A DNA stretch of 64,000 nucleotides from Acidobacteriota bacterium (lineage in GTDB: Bacteria; Acidobacteriota; Vicinamibacteria; Vicinamibacterales; JAFNAJ01): NCBI GenBank assembly GCA_023384575.1, contig JAHDVP010000020.1:2461-66460 (forward strand). Reading direction: 5' to 3'. Below the pieces are notes generated by a model that saw only the letters and a list, made by a program, of their open reading frames with translations, did no database searches and was not told the origin of the DNA. Positions 1-11,528 of this stretch are shown here, piece after piece (position 1 is the stretch's first letter; each line of letters begins with the position of its first letter). The translations under genes and the position numbers were made by a program.

Positions 1-1346
<1,346 letters not shown>

Positions 1347-1387
1347 AGTGGCCCCGACGAACGCTCGCCCGCTCGGGGCGCCGCGCC

Positions 1388-1915
1388 TCAGAGTTCCTCG
1401 ATCGTGAGCGCCGCGTTGGTGTAGATGCAGATGCCGGCGGCGATGGTCATCGCCTGTTCGGCAATCGTCCGCGCGTCGAGGGGACTGTGCCGCACGAGGG
1501 CGCGGGCCGCCGCGAGCGCGAACGCCCCGCCCGACCCGATGGCCGCCAGCCCGTCGTCTGGCTCGATCAGGTCGCCGGTACCCGACAGGAGGAACAGCGA
1601 CTGCTGATCGGCGACGACCAGCATGGCCTCGAGCCGACGCAGGTAGCGGTCGGCACGCCAGTCGCGCGCGAGCTCGACGGCCGCCCGTTCCAGGTTGCCG
1701 CGATACTCGTCAAGCTTCGCTTCGAACCGCGAGAACAAGGCGAAAGAATCGGCGGCCGACCCCGCGAACCCCGCGAGCACCCGGTCCTGGTAGAGGCGGC
1801 GGATCTTGCGCGCCGACTCCTTGACGACCGTCGACCCGAGCGTGACCTGGCCGTCGCCGGCCATGACCGTGCGGCCAAGGTGCCTGACCGCGAGGACTGT
1901 GGTGCTGTGAAACAT
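1388..1915 (-). CDS. hslV: ATP-dependent protease proteolytic subunit HslV
   Basis: Lies inside track ORF 1388..2188(-). Start trimmed to ATG (complement 1913-1915), giving [27 protein letters not shown]...[16 protein letters not shown], an HslV/CodW-type Ntn hydrolase pattern. Sits 41 nt upstream of hslU. Confidence 0.93.
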   Translation of the reverse strand: MFHSTTVLAVRHLGRTVMAGDGQVTLGSTVVKESARKIRRLYQDRVLAGFAGSAADSFALFSRFEAKLDEYRGNLERAAVELARDWRADRYLRRLEAMLVVADQQSLFLLSGTGDLIEPDDGLAAIGSGGAFALAAARALVRHSPLDARTIAEQAMTIAAGICIYTNAALTIEEL

Positions 1916-2020
1916 CGGAGCGGGACGGAGAGCCGGCACGAACACGTCCGCAGCCGGCAGGAAAACGGCGCCCCGTGGTGAGCGGATGCGCTCGCGCGGG
2001 TCGACGAAGCGGATGCAGGC

Positions 2021-2050
2021 AGTGTACCGAAGGGCGGAAGAGAGTGTCAA
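2021..2050 (-). promoter_or_regulatory. Candidate sigma70-type promoter for hslVU (TTGACA-N18-TACACT on minus strand)
   Basis: Reverse complement of 2021-2050 is TTGACActctcttccgcccttcggTACACT. It lies about 100 nt upstream of the hslV ATG. Sequence match only. Confidence 0.35.
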
Positions 2051-2196
2051 CGCAACCGGCCTCGGCCGGCGTCCGCCGCCCCGGAAGGCCCGTCGTTGTC
2101 CTCTGAGCGGGCCGTTCGCGTCCCCCGCACAGGACGCCAGGCCGCTTGTCCGCGCCGGCGCGGCTTCGTTCCCCCCGAAAAACGACAACCCTGGCG

Positions 2197-2212
2197 TGGC
2201 AACGGAGTTGCA
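2197..2212 (+). promoter_or_regulatory. Candidate sigma54 (RpoN) -24/-12 promoter TGGCAA-N5-TTGCA
   Basis: TGGCAAcggagTTGCA matches TGGCAC-N5-TTGCW with exact spacing and one mismatch. It is 43 nt upstream of ATG 2255. A GAFTGA-type sigma54 activator is encoded at 11529-12941. Confidence 0.55.
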
Positions 2213-2254
2213 CTCCCCCTGGTCAGGAGACCGTCCCTGGAAGGAGCGCGTTCC

Positions 2255-3184
2255 ATGTCCCGCCAGATCGCCTCGAGACTCGCCGTCGCGGCGCTGTTCG
2301 TCGCTGCGTTCGCGCCGCCGCCCGCCGCGGCCCAGGAAGAAGTGCAGCCGCGGGTCGTGCCCGAGCAGGCCGTCCCCGCGCCACCCCCGAGTCCCCTCCG
2401 CGCCGAGGCCGGGGCCGTTCCCCGGGTCCCAGTGCCAGACCCTGCGGCATCGGCCGCCGCCCAGGGGGCGCAGGCCGGGCTCGCGAGCGCCGAGCAGGCG
2501 AGGCCCCGGGGCGGAAACCGCGGGCAGGCCGAGCGCCGAGCGCCACGGGCCACCGGCGGGGGTGAGAGCTCCGCAAGAGGCGGGCAGGCCGTCAGGCGAG
2601 CGCCGCCCGCCACGGGCGGCGAGGCGGGCGCCGCGTCGGGTGGCCAGGCCGTCCGCCGTGGCCAGCCGCGTGAGGGCTCGCGCGTCCAGGGCAGTTCGGC
2701 GGGCAGCCGCGCCGTCGAGCGCTACAGCCGGCCGCGCACCGACCAGCGCGTGACCGGGCAGGCGGTGCCTCGCCGCTACCCGCCGGTCGGCCTGCGGGCG
2801 CCCTACTATTACGGCCGGTCGCCCTGGTACTACTCGCCTTACGGGTTCGGCTGGAGCCTCGGCTACTTCTACAACCCGTACTGGTGGGGCAACGTCTACT
2901 ACCCGCCGTACCCGCCGGGCTACGGCTACGTGTCGTACTACGACGATATGGGTGCCGTGCGCCTCAAGGTGAAGCCACGGGAAGCCCAGGTCTTCGTCGA
3001 CGGCTACTACGTGGGCATCGTCGACGAGTTCGACGGGCGCTTCCAGCGCCTGCGCCTCGACGAAGGCCCGCAGCGCATCGAGATCCGCCTCGAGGGCTAC
3101 GAGACGCTGGTCTTCGACGTGCGCGTGCTCCGCGGCCGCACGATCAACCTGACCGGGGCGCTCAGACCGCTCGGTCTCCCGTAG
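2255..3184 (+). CDS. Secreted PEGA-domain protein with Arg/Gly/Ala-rich tandem repeats and a Tyr/Pro/Trp-rich segment
   Basis: ATG 2255 follows GGAAGGAG (2239-2246). Signal peptide [27 protein letters not shown]. Three imperfect repeats RGG.GQA.RRAP.ATGG, then [37 protein letters not shown]-terminal [20 protein letters not shown]...[12 protein letters not shown] fits the PEGA pattern. Track start 2096 judged too early. Confidence 0.75.
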   Translation: MSRQIASRLAVAALFVAAFAPPPAAAQEEVQPRVVPEQAVPAPPPSPLRAEAGAVPRVPVPDPAASAAAQGAQAGLASAEQARPRGGNRGQAERRAPRATGGGESSARGGQAVRRAPPATGGEAGAASGGQAVRRGQPREGSRVQGSSAGSRAVERYSRPRTDQRVTGQAVPRRYPPVGLRAPYYYGRSPWYYSPYGFGWSLGYFYNPYWWGNVYYPPYPPGYGYVSYYDDMGAVRLKVKPREAQVFVDGYYVGIVDEFDGRFQRLRLDEGPQRIEIRLEGYETLVFDVRVLRGRTINLTGALRPLGLP

Positions 3185-3240
3185 GGTCGACCTGCTCGCT
3201 CGGGGCGAGGAACCCTCGCCGGGGCGCGCTCGCCCGACGA

Positions 3241-3270
3241 CGCCCGCCGGAAGCTGACAGCCGGCGGGCG
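3241..3270 (+). terminator. GC-rich hairpin (perfect 10-bp stem, 10-nt loop) after the PEGA gene; possible terminator or attenuator without a U-tract
   Basis: CGCCCGCCGG-aagctgacag-CCGGCGGGCG. A second small hairpin GGCGAGG-aac-CCTCGCC lies just upstream. Only TT follows the stem. Confidence 0.35.
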
Positions 3271-3280
3271 TTCACGCATA

Positions 3281-3784
3281 ATGGGCCGTGTGATGCTCAG
3301 GCTCGTCGCCCTCGTCTCCGGCCTCTACCACGTGGTCGCCGGCCTCGGCTTCTTCGTCGCCATCGAGACCATCGCCTACCGGTTCGGCGTGCTGCCGCCG
3401 AGTCCGCCAATCCTTGGCGACGCCGCGGGACTCCTGCTCGTCGGTATCGGCCTCGGGTACTTGTTGCCGCTTCGCGACCCCCAGCGGTATCGCGGCTACT
3501 TGTGGGTCATGGGGCCCCTGCTCCAGGGCGGGCTCGCCGCGCTCTTCATTCGCGACTTCATCCTCAGAGGGTCGCCGGCCTCGTTCCTGCTCTTCGCGGT
3601 CGCCGGCGGCGCCCTCGCCATCTGGACGCTCACCGCCCTGCTCACTCACCCTCGGACGGCCCCGGCGGCCGCGGTGCCGCCCGCCGAGTCCGTCGTGCCG
3701 CCCTCACCAGCCTCGACACCTCGGCCCGCACTGGCAGACGACGAGCCCACGATCGCCGTCCCACCGCCGCCGCAGGAGCGCTGA
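3281..3784 (+). CDS. Hypothetical integral membrane protein (about 4 TM helices, Pro/Ala-rich tail)
   Basis: High GC3. Hydrophobic segments LVALVSGLYHVVAGLGFFVAI, AAGLLLVGIGLGYLL, LWVMGPLLQGGLAALFI, LLFAVAGGALAIWTLTALL. Alternative start is ATG 3293. Confidence 0.6.
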   Translation: MGRVMLRLVALVSGLYHVVAGLGFFVAIETIAYRFGVLPPSPPILGDAAGLLLVGIGLGYLLPLRDPQRYRGYLWVMGPLLQGGLAALFIRDFILRGSPASFLLFAVAGGALAIWTLTALLTHPRTAPAAAVPPAESVVPPSPASTPRPALADDEPTIAVPPPPQER

Positions 3785-3865
3785 GCCGGATACCCTGCCC
3801 GGGAGGAGCGGCGAGCGGTCGCGATCGACCCGTGCGAGTCGGAAGTGAACGAGGAAGGGCGACCG

Positions 3866-4393
3866 TCAGCGGGTCAGCAGCTGCCGTTCGATCTTGAACA
3901 CCCCGAGCGACGCCCACTGCCTGGATCCGTGCTTGGCGAACAGCTCGACCTGAGCGTCGCGGAACTCGCTGTGCTGCAGCATCTGGGCGCGCGGCTGCTC
4001 GCCGGTGTAGCCGAGATGCGACCGCAGGACGAACGGCTCGGTCGTCGCGCCGCCCGCGAGGCCTTCCGAGTCGATGCCCCGTACGAATGCCGAACTGAGC
4101 TCCTCCTCGTCGCCGACGATCCGGAAGACGGCGTTGATCTGTACGCTGCGAATGGTCGACGCCGCCTTGTTCTTCACCCGGAACGAGATCGACGGCACGA
4201 GCTTGTTCCGGCCTGCCACGATTCCTTCGTCGAAGTACCCGGTGACGACGTCGTTGATCTCGAGCGCCTGCTGGACGTCGAGACCATCGTCGCACGCGGC
4301 GGCGTACAGGGGAGCCGCCAGCACCAGCACGGCGGCCGCGAGGCGCGGGGCCCGACGTCCGGCGGGTCGCGAAGAGACGTCGCTCGGCACCAT
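3866..4393 (-). CDS. Hypothetical lipoprotein, last gene of the ECF sigma operon
   Basis: ATG (complement 4391-4393). Signal peptide plus lipobox AAVLVLAAPLYAAAC. Lies 15 nt downstream of the preceding gene. Confidence 0.7.
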   Translation of the reverse strand: MVPSDVSSRPAGRRAPRLAAAVLVLAAPLYAAACDDGLDVQQALEINDVVTGYFDEGIVAGRNKLVPSISFRVKNKAASTIRSVQINAVFRIVGDEEELSSAFVRGIDSEGLAGGATTEPFVLRSHLGYTGEQPRAQMLQHSEFRDAQVELFAKHGSRQWASLGVFKIERQLLTR

Positions 4394-4408
4394 CGCCGCG
4401 ATTGTATC

Positions 4409-5221
4409 TCAGAACTGCCGGACCTCGACGCGCTGGCGCACCTCCTCGCGCGTCAGTCGCTCGGCCTTGAACCGCGCCAGGTCGCCGCCGCTGACGCGCA
4501 GGGTGATCGTCACCGTCTCGGTCATGTCGCCGGGCACGAGCGTGTCCTCGTTGTCGCGCGCGGCGATCGTCAGCCACTCGTCTCCCCCGAGCGCGAGCGT
4601 CGGCCCGTAATCGAGCATCGCGTCGACGAGCGCCCGCTTCACCTCGTTGGTGTACGCGACGTCGGGCGCGTCGATCAGCGTCGGCCGTGCCTCGACGACG
4701 GCCCGATCCGCCGCGACGTCGGTTCCGGTGCCGGCTGGCCGGGCGGCCGCCTCCGGCGACATCGGGCCGACCTGCAGCTCGACGAGCCGCAGCGCCTGCT
4801 CGAGCTCGCTCTTCGCGCGCGCGTCGCCTTGCGCCTGGACGTACCGCCGCAACTGCTGCAGCGCGCGCCCGAGCTCGACGTTGTCCTGCTGCAACTGGCG
4901 GAAGCTCCACGCGAGGCTCCGGCGGAGCGCGGGCACGTCGACGCTGAAGAAGATGCCGTACCCGTCGATGCGGTAGCCGCGGGCGCGCGCGGGCCCGCTG
5001 AAGAACACCAGCTCCGGCGAGAGCGTCCGCATCTGCGAGTGCAGCGACTGCGCCCCGTGCTGCACGGCGCTCTCGAGCACGCCTTCCATCACCCGGATCT
5101 GGTACTTCGTCGTCTGCGCGGCCGCGGGGAGGGCGGCCGCCAGGAGGCCGGCCAGCCCAAGGCCGGCCGCGAGGACAATCACGCGAGTTGGTCGGACCAT
5201 GGTCGTCGGTTTCCCCGTCAT
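4409..5221 (-). CDS. Hypothetical exported protein co-operonic with ECF sigma/anti-sigma
   Basis: Lies in track ORF 4409..5857(-). Start set at ATG (complement 5219-5221), which forms an ATGA overlap with the anti-sigma stop. N-terminus MTGKPTTMVRPTRVIVLAAGLGLAGLLAAALPAAAQ is a signal peptide. Confidence 0.65.
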   Translation of the reverse strand: MTGKPTTMVRPTRVIVLAAGLGLAGLLAAALPAAAQTTKYQIRVMEGVLESAVQHGAQSLHSQMRTLSPELVFFSGPARARGYRIDGYGIFFSVDVPALRRSLAWSFRQLQQDNVELGRALQQLRRYVQAQGDARAKSELEQALRLVELQVGPMSPEAAARPAGTGTDVAADRAVVEARPTLIDAPDVAYTNEVKRALVDAMLDYGPTLALGGDEWLTIAARDNEDTLVPGDMTETVTITLRVSGGDLARFKAERLTREEVRQRVEVRQF

Positions 5222-6021
5222 CGCTGCTGTTGCTGCGAGACGCGTACGATGTAGTTCATCATCTGGCGGGCGCGGGCCGCCTCGGCTTCGGTCCGGCTCT
5301 CGAGCCGCCCGAGCCCCTGCTGCACGGTCACGAGGTCGGCCTTCCGCTGCAGGTCGAAATCGCGCGACAGTTCCGCCACCCGCAGCGCCAGGTTCCGCTG
5401 CTGCCTCACTTCGCTCTCGTCGATCAACGCCTGGATGCGCGTCAGCCACGCCTCGTCGTCGGCCCGAAGCGGCGCGGCGCGCGAAACGGCCTGGGCCCCG
5501 ACGGCGCGCAACTCGGCCCGCAGCTGCTCCTCGAGCGTCGCGAGATCCGTGCGCCACGGCGTCGATTCGATCGCCGCCGAGGGCGCGGCCGCCGGCTGCA
5601 CCGCCGCCCGTTCGGACGCGGCCGCCGTCGGAGCGGCGGTCGACACGGCGGTCGCGGCCCGGGCCCACCCGGTGCGGACCGACCAGCCGTCGGCGTCGTG
5701 GCGCACTTCGATGTTGGCCAGCCCCGCCGATGCCGCGAGCACGAGCGCCGCGGCGGCCGCCACGCCCATCGCCGGCAGAAAGCGGCGCGTCCACGGCACC
5801 GGAGCCGGCACGTCGGCTTCGAGGCGCACGTGCACCGGCAGGTCCGGCGCTGCCCACTGCGCGAGCGAGACGCGGACCCCGCGGAGGGCGTCGACCTCGG
5901 CCGCGCAGGCCTCGCAGGCGCGCAGGTGCGCCTCGAACCGGCCGGCGAGCGCCGGGTCGGCGTCGTCGTAGAGATACGTGATGAGGTCGTCCTTCGATGG
6001 ACAGAAGCGCGGCTCGGTCAT
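5218..6021 (-). CDS. Anti-sigma factor (zf-HC2 type, single-pass membrane, coiled-coil periplasmic part)
   Basis: N-terminal HLRACEACAAEV (H-x3-C-x2-C zinc motif). TM segment FLPAMGVAAAAALVLAASAGL. 4-nt overlap with the upstream sigma gene (6018-6021). Confidence 0.82.
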   Translation of the reverse strand: MTEPRFCPSKDDLITYLYDDADPALAGRFEAHLRACEACAAEVDALRGVRVSLAQWAAPDLPVHVRLEADVPAPVPWTRRFLPAMGVAAAAALVLAASAGLANIEVRHDADGWSVRTGWARAATAVSTAAPTAAASERAAVQPAAAPSAAIESTPWRTDLATLEEQLRAELRAVGAQAVSRAAPLRADDEAWLTRIQALIDESEVRQQRNLALRVAELSRDFDLQRKADLVTVQQGLGRLESRTEAEAARARQMMNYIVRVSQQQQR

Positions 6022-6644
6022 GGCGTGTCCGGGAGGGGGGTCACCTTGCGCGTGTCGAAACGGGCCTCGGCGACGGTGCCCGCGACGCCGTGCTTCTCGA
6101 GCTCGCGGCGCAGCACCGTGAGGCCCTGGTACAACCGGGTCTTGACCGTGCTCAGCGGGCAGCCCAGGAGATCCGAGATCTCCTGGAAGGTCAGCCCCTG
6201 GTACTCCTTCAGGATGATGGCCGTGCGCTGATCGTCACTGAGGGCGCGCATCGCGCGGGCCACCGCCCGACTGAGGTCGTTCCGGCTCACGAGATCCTCG
6301 AGGTCCTCGACCGGACCCTGTTCGGCGGCCAGCTCGATGACGTCTACGCCCTCCGGCGCCTGAACGATCGGCGTCCGGCGTTCGCGCCGCATCCAATCGC
6401 GGCACAGGTTGAGCGCGATGCGGTACAACCACGACGAAAACTTCGCCTGGCCCTTGAACCCGCCGAGTGAGCGGAACGCGCGCAGGAAGGTCTCCTGGCA
6501 CACGTCCCGTGCCTCGTCTTCCCGCCCGATCGTCCGGTACGCGAGGGCGTAGATCGGCCGTTCCCAGCGACGGACGAGCTGGTTGAAGCTGTCGAGATCG
6601 CCCCCTTGCGACCGGGCGACCAGTTCCTCGTCGGTCGTTGCCAT
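6018..6644 (-). CDS. ECF (sigma-70 family, RpoE-like) RNA polymerase sigma factor
   Basis: Region 2: DEARDVCQETFLRAFRSLGGFKGQAKFSSWLYRIALNLCRDWMRR. Region 4: RTAIILKEYQGLTFQEISDLLGCPLSTVKTRLYQG. Confidence 0.9.
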   Translation of the reverse strand: MATTDEELVARSQGGDLDSFNQLVRRWERPIYALAYRTIGREDEARDVCQETFLRAFRSLGGFKGQAKFSSWLYRIALNLCRDWMRRERRTPIVQAPEGVDVIELAAEQGPVEDLEDLVSRNDLSRAVARAMRALSDDQRTAIILKEYQGLTFQEISDLLGCPLSTVKTRLYQGLTVLRRELEKHGVAGTVAEARFDTRKVTPLPDTP

Positions 6645-6801
6645 GTACCGTGCGCACGGCCCGCCCCCGGGGGCTGGCGCCCCGGAGGCGTGTCTACCAG
6701 CTTAGACGCCACGGGCCGGCGAAGAGTCGGCCCCGCCGGCGGGCCGGCCCGCCCCGCGCCCGCATGCTACGATCATGGGCTGTCCTGACCGGACCCGCGC
6801 G

Positions 6802-8859
<2,058 letters not shown>

Positions 8860-8939
8860 TCGGCCGGACGCTCCGGTCTGTTACGATCTGCCCGACGTCA
8901 CCACCTGACCGGTGAACGCTCAGTCCGAGGAGTCGCGTC

Positions 8940-10016
8940 ATGCCGCCAGTCGTTCCGCCGCTGTCCTCGCCTCGCTGGCTCGTCGCGCCCGGCGCGGTGG
9001 CGCTCGGCCTGTGGATCGTGCCCGCCGCGTCCGCGCAGGCCGTGATGACCGTCGCCGAGCTCGTCAAGACCGTGAAGCCGGCGGTCGTCTACGTGGCGAC
9101 GTTCGACGCCAGCGGCCAGCAGGAAGGCCTCGGCAGCGGCTTCGTGGTCGATGCCGGCGGCATCGTCGTCACGAACCTCCACGTCATCCAGGGCGCGCGC
9201 GCCCTCGCCGTGAAGGTCGACGGCGAGATCTACGACAAGGTCGAGATCCTCGAGTACGACGCGCGCCGGGACATTGCCGTGCTCCGCATCCGCCCGTTCG
9301 GCAGACTGCAGACGGTGCCGCTCGGCGACTCCGACGCCGTCGAGATCGGCGAGGAGGCCGTCGCCGTGGGCAACCCGAAGGGCATGGAGCACACCGTCAG
9401 CTCGGGGCTCATCTCGGCCTTCCGCCAGGACGAAGGCTACAAGCTCATCCAGATCAGCGTCCCCATTTCCCCAGGCAGTTCGGGCGGACCGCTGTTTGAC
9501 CGGCGCGGGCGCGTGATCGGCATCACCACGGCCCAGTTGCGGGGCGAGGGGGTCCAGAACCTCAACTTCGCCGTCCCCATCAACTACGCCAAGCCCCTCA
9601 TCGACGCGAAGGCCACGCCAATCACGCTTGCCGAGCTGAACCAGCGGCTCGGCGTGTCGCCCGGCGCGGCCGCGCCGGGCGGCCGAAACGCGTCGGACGC
9701 CGGCGACGAAGGCTGGTACGCCACCGTCGCCCACGACCACGTGAGCGGCGACTTCAGCGATTTCTGCGTGGGCCAGCTCTACGTCAAAGGGGGCCGCATC
9801 GGGTTCACGACGCAGAGCGGCATGCACGCATTCGAGGTGCCGATCGAGGCGGTGCGCCGGGCCCAGCGCAACGTCGTGACCGGTGCGCAGTACCAGGCGT
9901 TTCACGTGAACCTGCGGACGGGCACGAACTACAACTTCTCGGTGCTGAACGACCAGGGCCTGCCGACCTCGCCCGACGAGGTGATCTTCCTCATCATGAA
10001 GGCCATGAAGCGGTAG
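8940..10016 (+). CDS. Secreted trypsin-like serine protease (S1C/HtrA-like core) with an unrecognised C-terminal domain instead of PDZ
   Basis: Signal peptide ends ...VPAASAQA. Triad contexts: TNLHVIQGA (His), DIAVLRI (Asp), GSSGGPLF (Ser). The last ~120 aa match no family I recognise. Confidence 0.85.
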   Translation: MPPVVPPLSSPRWLVAPGAVALGLWIVPAASAQAVMTVAELVKTVKPAVVYVATFDASGQQEGLGSGFVVDAGGIVVTNLHVIQGARALAVKVDGEIYDKVEILEYDARRDIAVLRIRPFGRLQTVPLGDSDAVEIGEEAVAVGNPKGMEHTVSSGLISAFRQDEGYKLIQISVPISPGSSGGPLFDRRGRVIGITTAQLRGEGVQNLNFAVPINYAKPLIDAKATPITLAELNQRLGVSPGAAAPGGRNASDAGDEGWYATVAHDHVSGDFSDFCVGQLYVKGGRIGFTTQSGMHAFEVPIEAVRRAQRNVVTGAQYQAFHVNLRTGTNYNFSVLNDQGLPTSPDEVIFLIMKAMKR

Positions 10017-10281
10017 CGGCCGACTCGTCGCGCCCGCCTGCGGCCTCGCGCCGCCCCGCCGGGCGCGCCCCCCCCCGCCGCGTGGCTGATGTCCCGCGGC
10101 GATTACAATTCTGTGCCGGCCTGCCGATTTCGTGACCTGGTGTGGTCGGAAACGCGACTCAGCCGTAACGTTGACCGACAAAATTGTGTGCGGATCCGTG
10201 GCCTTCGCGGGAGGTACGGACCTTGCCTTCGAAGCAGTGGGGCACCCGTGCGCCCCAGGAGTTGACCCATCAGGGATCGTG

Positions 10282-11454
10282 ATGCCGATGCCCGCTGCCA
10301 CCTCGACCGCCCCGAACGTGCCGGCCGCCGTGTCGCCGCGCCGACGCCCGAAAAAGGTGGCTGTCACCTTTTTCCGCGACCTCGTCGGCAGCCTGCGCAA
10401 CAGCGTGGTCGCCATCACGCGCAGCGGTGAAATCGTCCACATCAACGACGACGCCCGCCGCACGCTCGGCCTGCGCCTCGACGACCCCCTCGTGGGCCGT
10501 CACTACACCGACGCGCTGGCCTCGGCGCCGGACATCGTCCGCGTGTTCGACGCGGCGTTCGACCTCAACCACCTGCCCAACCGGGCCGAATTGCGGGTCA
10601 AGGCCACGAGCAAGGTCATCGGGTACACCATCTGCCTCGTCCGCACGCCCGAGGGCCGCGTTTCGGGTGCCGCGCTGCTCTTCAAGGACCTGACGCGCGT
10701 CGAACAGCTCGAGGAACGCGAACGCCTGCGCGACCGGCTCGCGGCGCTCGGCGAGATGGCGGCCGCCATCGCGCACGAGGTGAAGAACCCGCTCGCCGGC
10801 ATCGAGGTCATGGCGGGGTTGCTGAAGCGTCGCGTGCCCGACTCCCCCGAAGCCCAGGAGCTGCTCGGCGACATCATCAACGAAGCCAAGATGGCCAACG
10901 CGATCGTGCTCGAGGTGCTCGAGTTCGTCCGCCCGATCCGCCTCGAGGTGGATCGGGTATCGATTGCCACCACCGTTGACAACGCCGTGCAGATGGCCGA
11001 GAGCCTGGCGCCCCGCGGCGCGACGGCGGTCGTGGTCGACCTGCCGGCCGAGCTGCCGGCCATCGATGGCGACGCGCACCAGTTGTGTCAACTGTTCACC
11101 AACCTGCTGACCAACGCCTTCGAGGCCCTCGACGGCGACGGGCAGATCGTGGTGTCGGCCCGCCACGTCCCGGCCGCCGACGACGCGTTCGCCCCGGAGG
11201 GCAGCATCGTCGTCGAGGTCGCCGACGACGGCCCCGGCGTGCCGCTCGACGTGCGCGACCGGATCTTCAGCCCGTTCTTCACGACCAAGGCGCGAGGGTC
11301 GGGCCTCGGCCTCGCGATCGTGAAGAAGATCGTCGATGCCCACGATGGGCGGCTCGATCTCGAGAGCCGGCCCGAAGGGGGCACCGTGTTCCGGGTGATG
11401 CTGCCGGTCGCGGTCGACCGCGAGGTCGTCGGACCGTTCGCCATCACCGCCTGA
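10282..11454 (+). CDS. Cytoplasmic PAS sensor histidine kinase (NtrB/AtoS-like)
   Basis: H-box AAAIAHEVKNPLAGI. ATPase motifs NLLTNAFEAL, DDGPGVP, GSGLGLAIV. No TM segments. Track start 10132 rejected because codons 10132-10281 have many A/T third positions. Confidence 0.85.
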   Translation: MPMPAATSTAPNVPAAVSPRRRPKKVAVTFFRDLVGSLRNSVVAITRSGEIVHINDDARRTLGLRLDDPLVGRHYTDALASAPDIVRVFDAAFDLNHLPNRAELRVKATSKVIGYTICLVRTPEGRVSGAALLFKDLTRVEQLEERERLRDRLAALGEMAAAIAHEVKNPLAGIEVMAGLLKRRVPDSPEAQELLGDIINEAKMANAIVLEVLEFVRPIRLEVDRVSIATTVDNAVQMAESLAPRGATAVVVDLPAELPAIDGDAHQLCQLFTNLLTNAFEALDGDGQIVVSARHVPAADDAFAPEGSIVVEVADDGPGVPLDVRDRIFSPFFTTKARGSGLGLAIVKKIVDAHDGRLDLESRPEGGTVFRVMLPVAVDREVVGPFAITA

Positions 11455-11528
11455 GCCCATGACCCCGCGACGACTCACTCGTCGACCGTCGCCAGGCGCC
11501 TGTCGCCCGTAGCCCACGAGATTCCACC

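Noticed and set aside
3255-3282. CTGACA-N17-CATAAT sigma70-like promoter upstream of the membrane protein gene
   Set aside because: The -35 sits in the loop of a perfect 10-bp hairpin and the -10 overlaps the ATG at 3281. It would work only with a near-leaderless start at 3293, which is too speculative.
10132-10281. N-terminal extension of the PAS histidine kinase (track start 10132)
   Set aside because: Codons in this stretch have many A/T third positions and an implausible Cys-rich peptide. High GC3 begins at ATG 10282.
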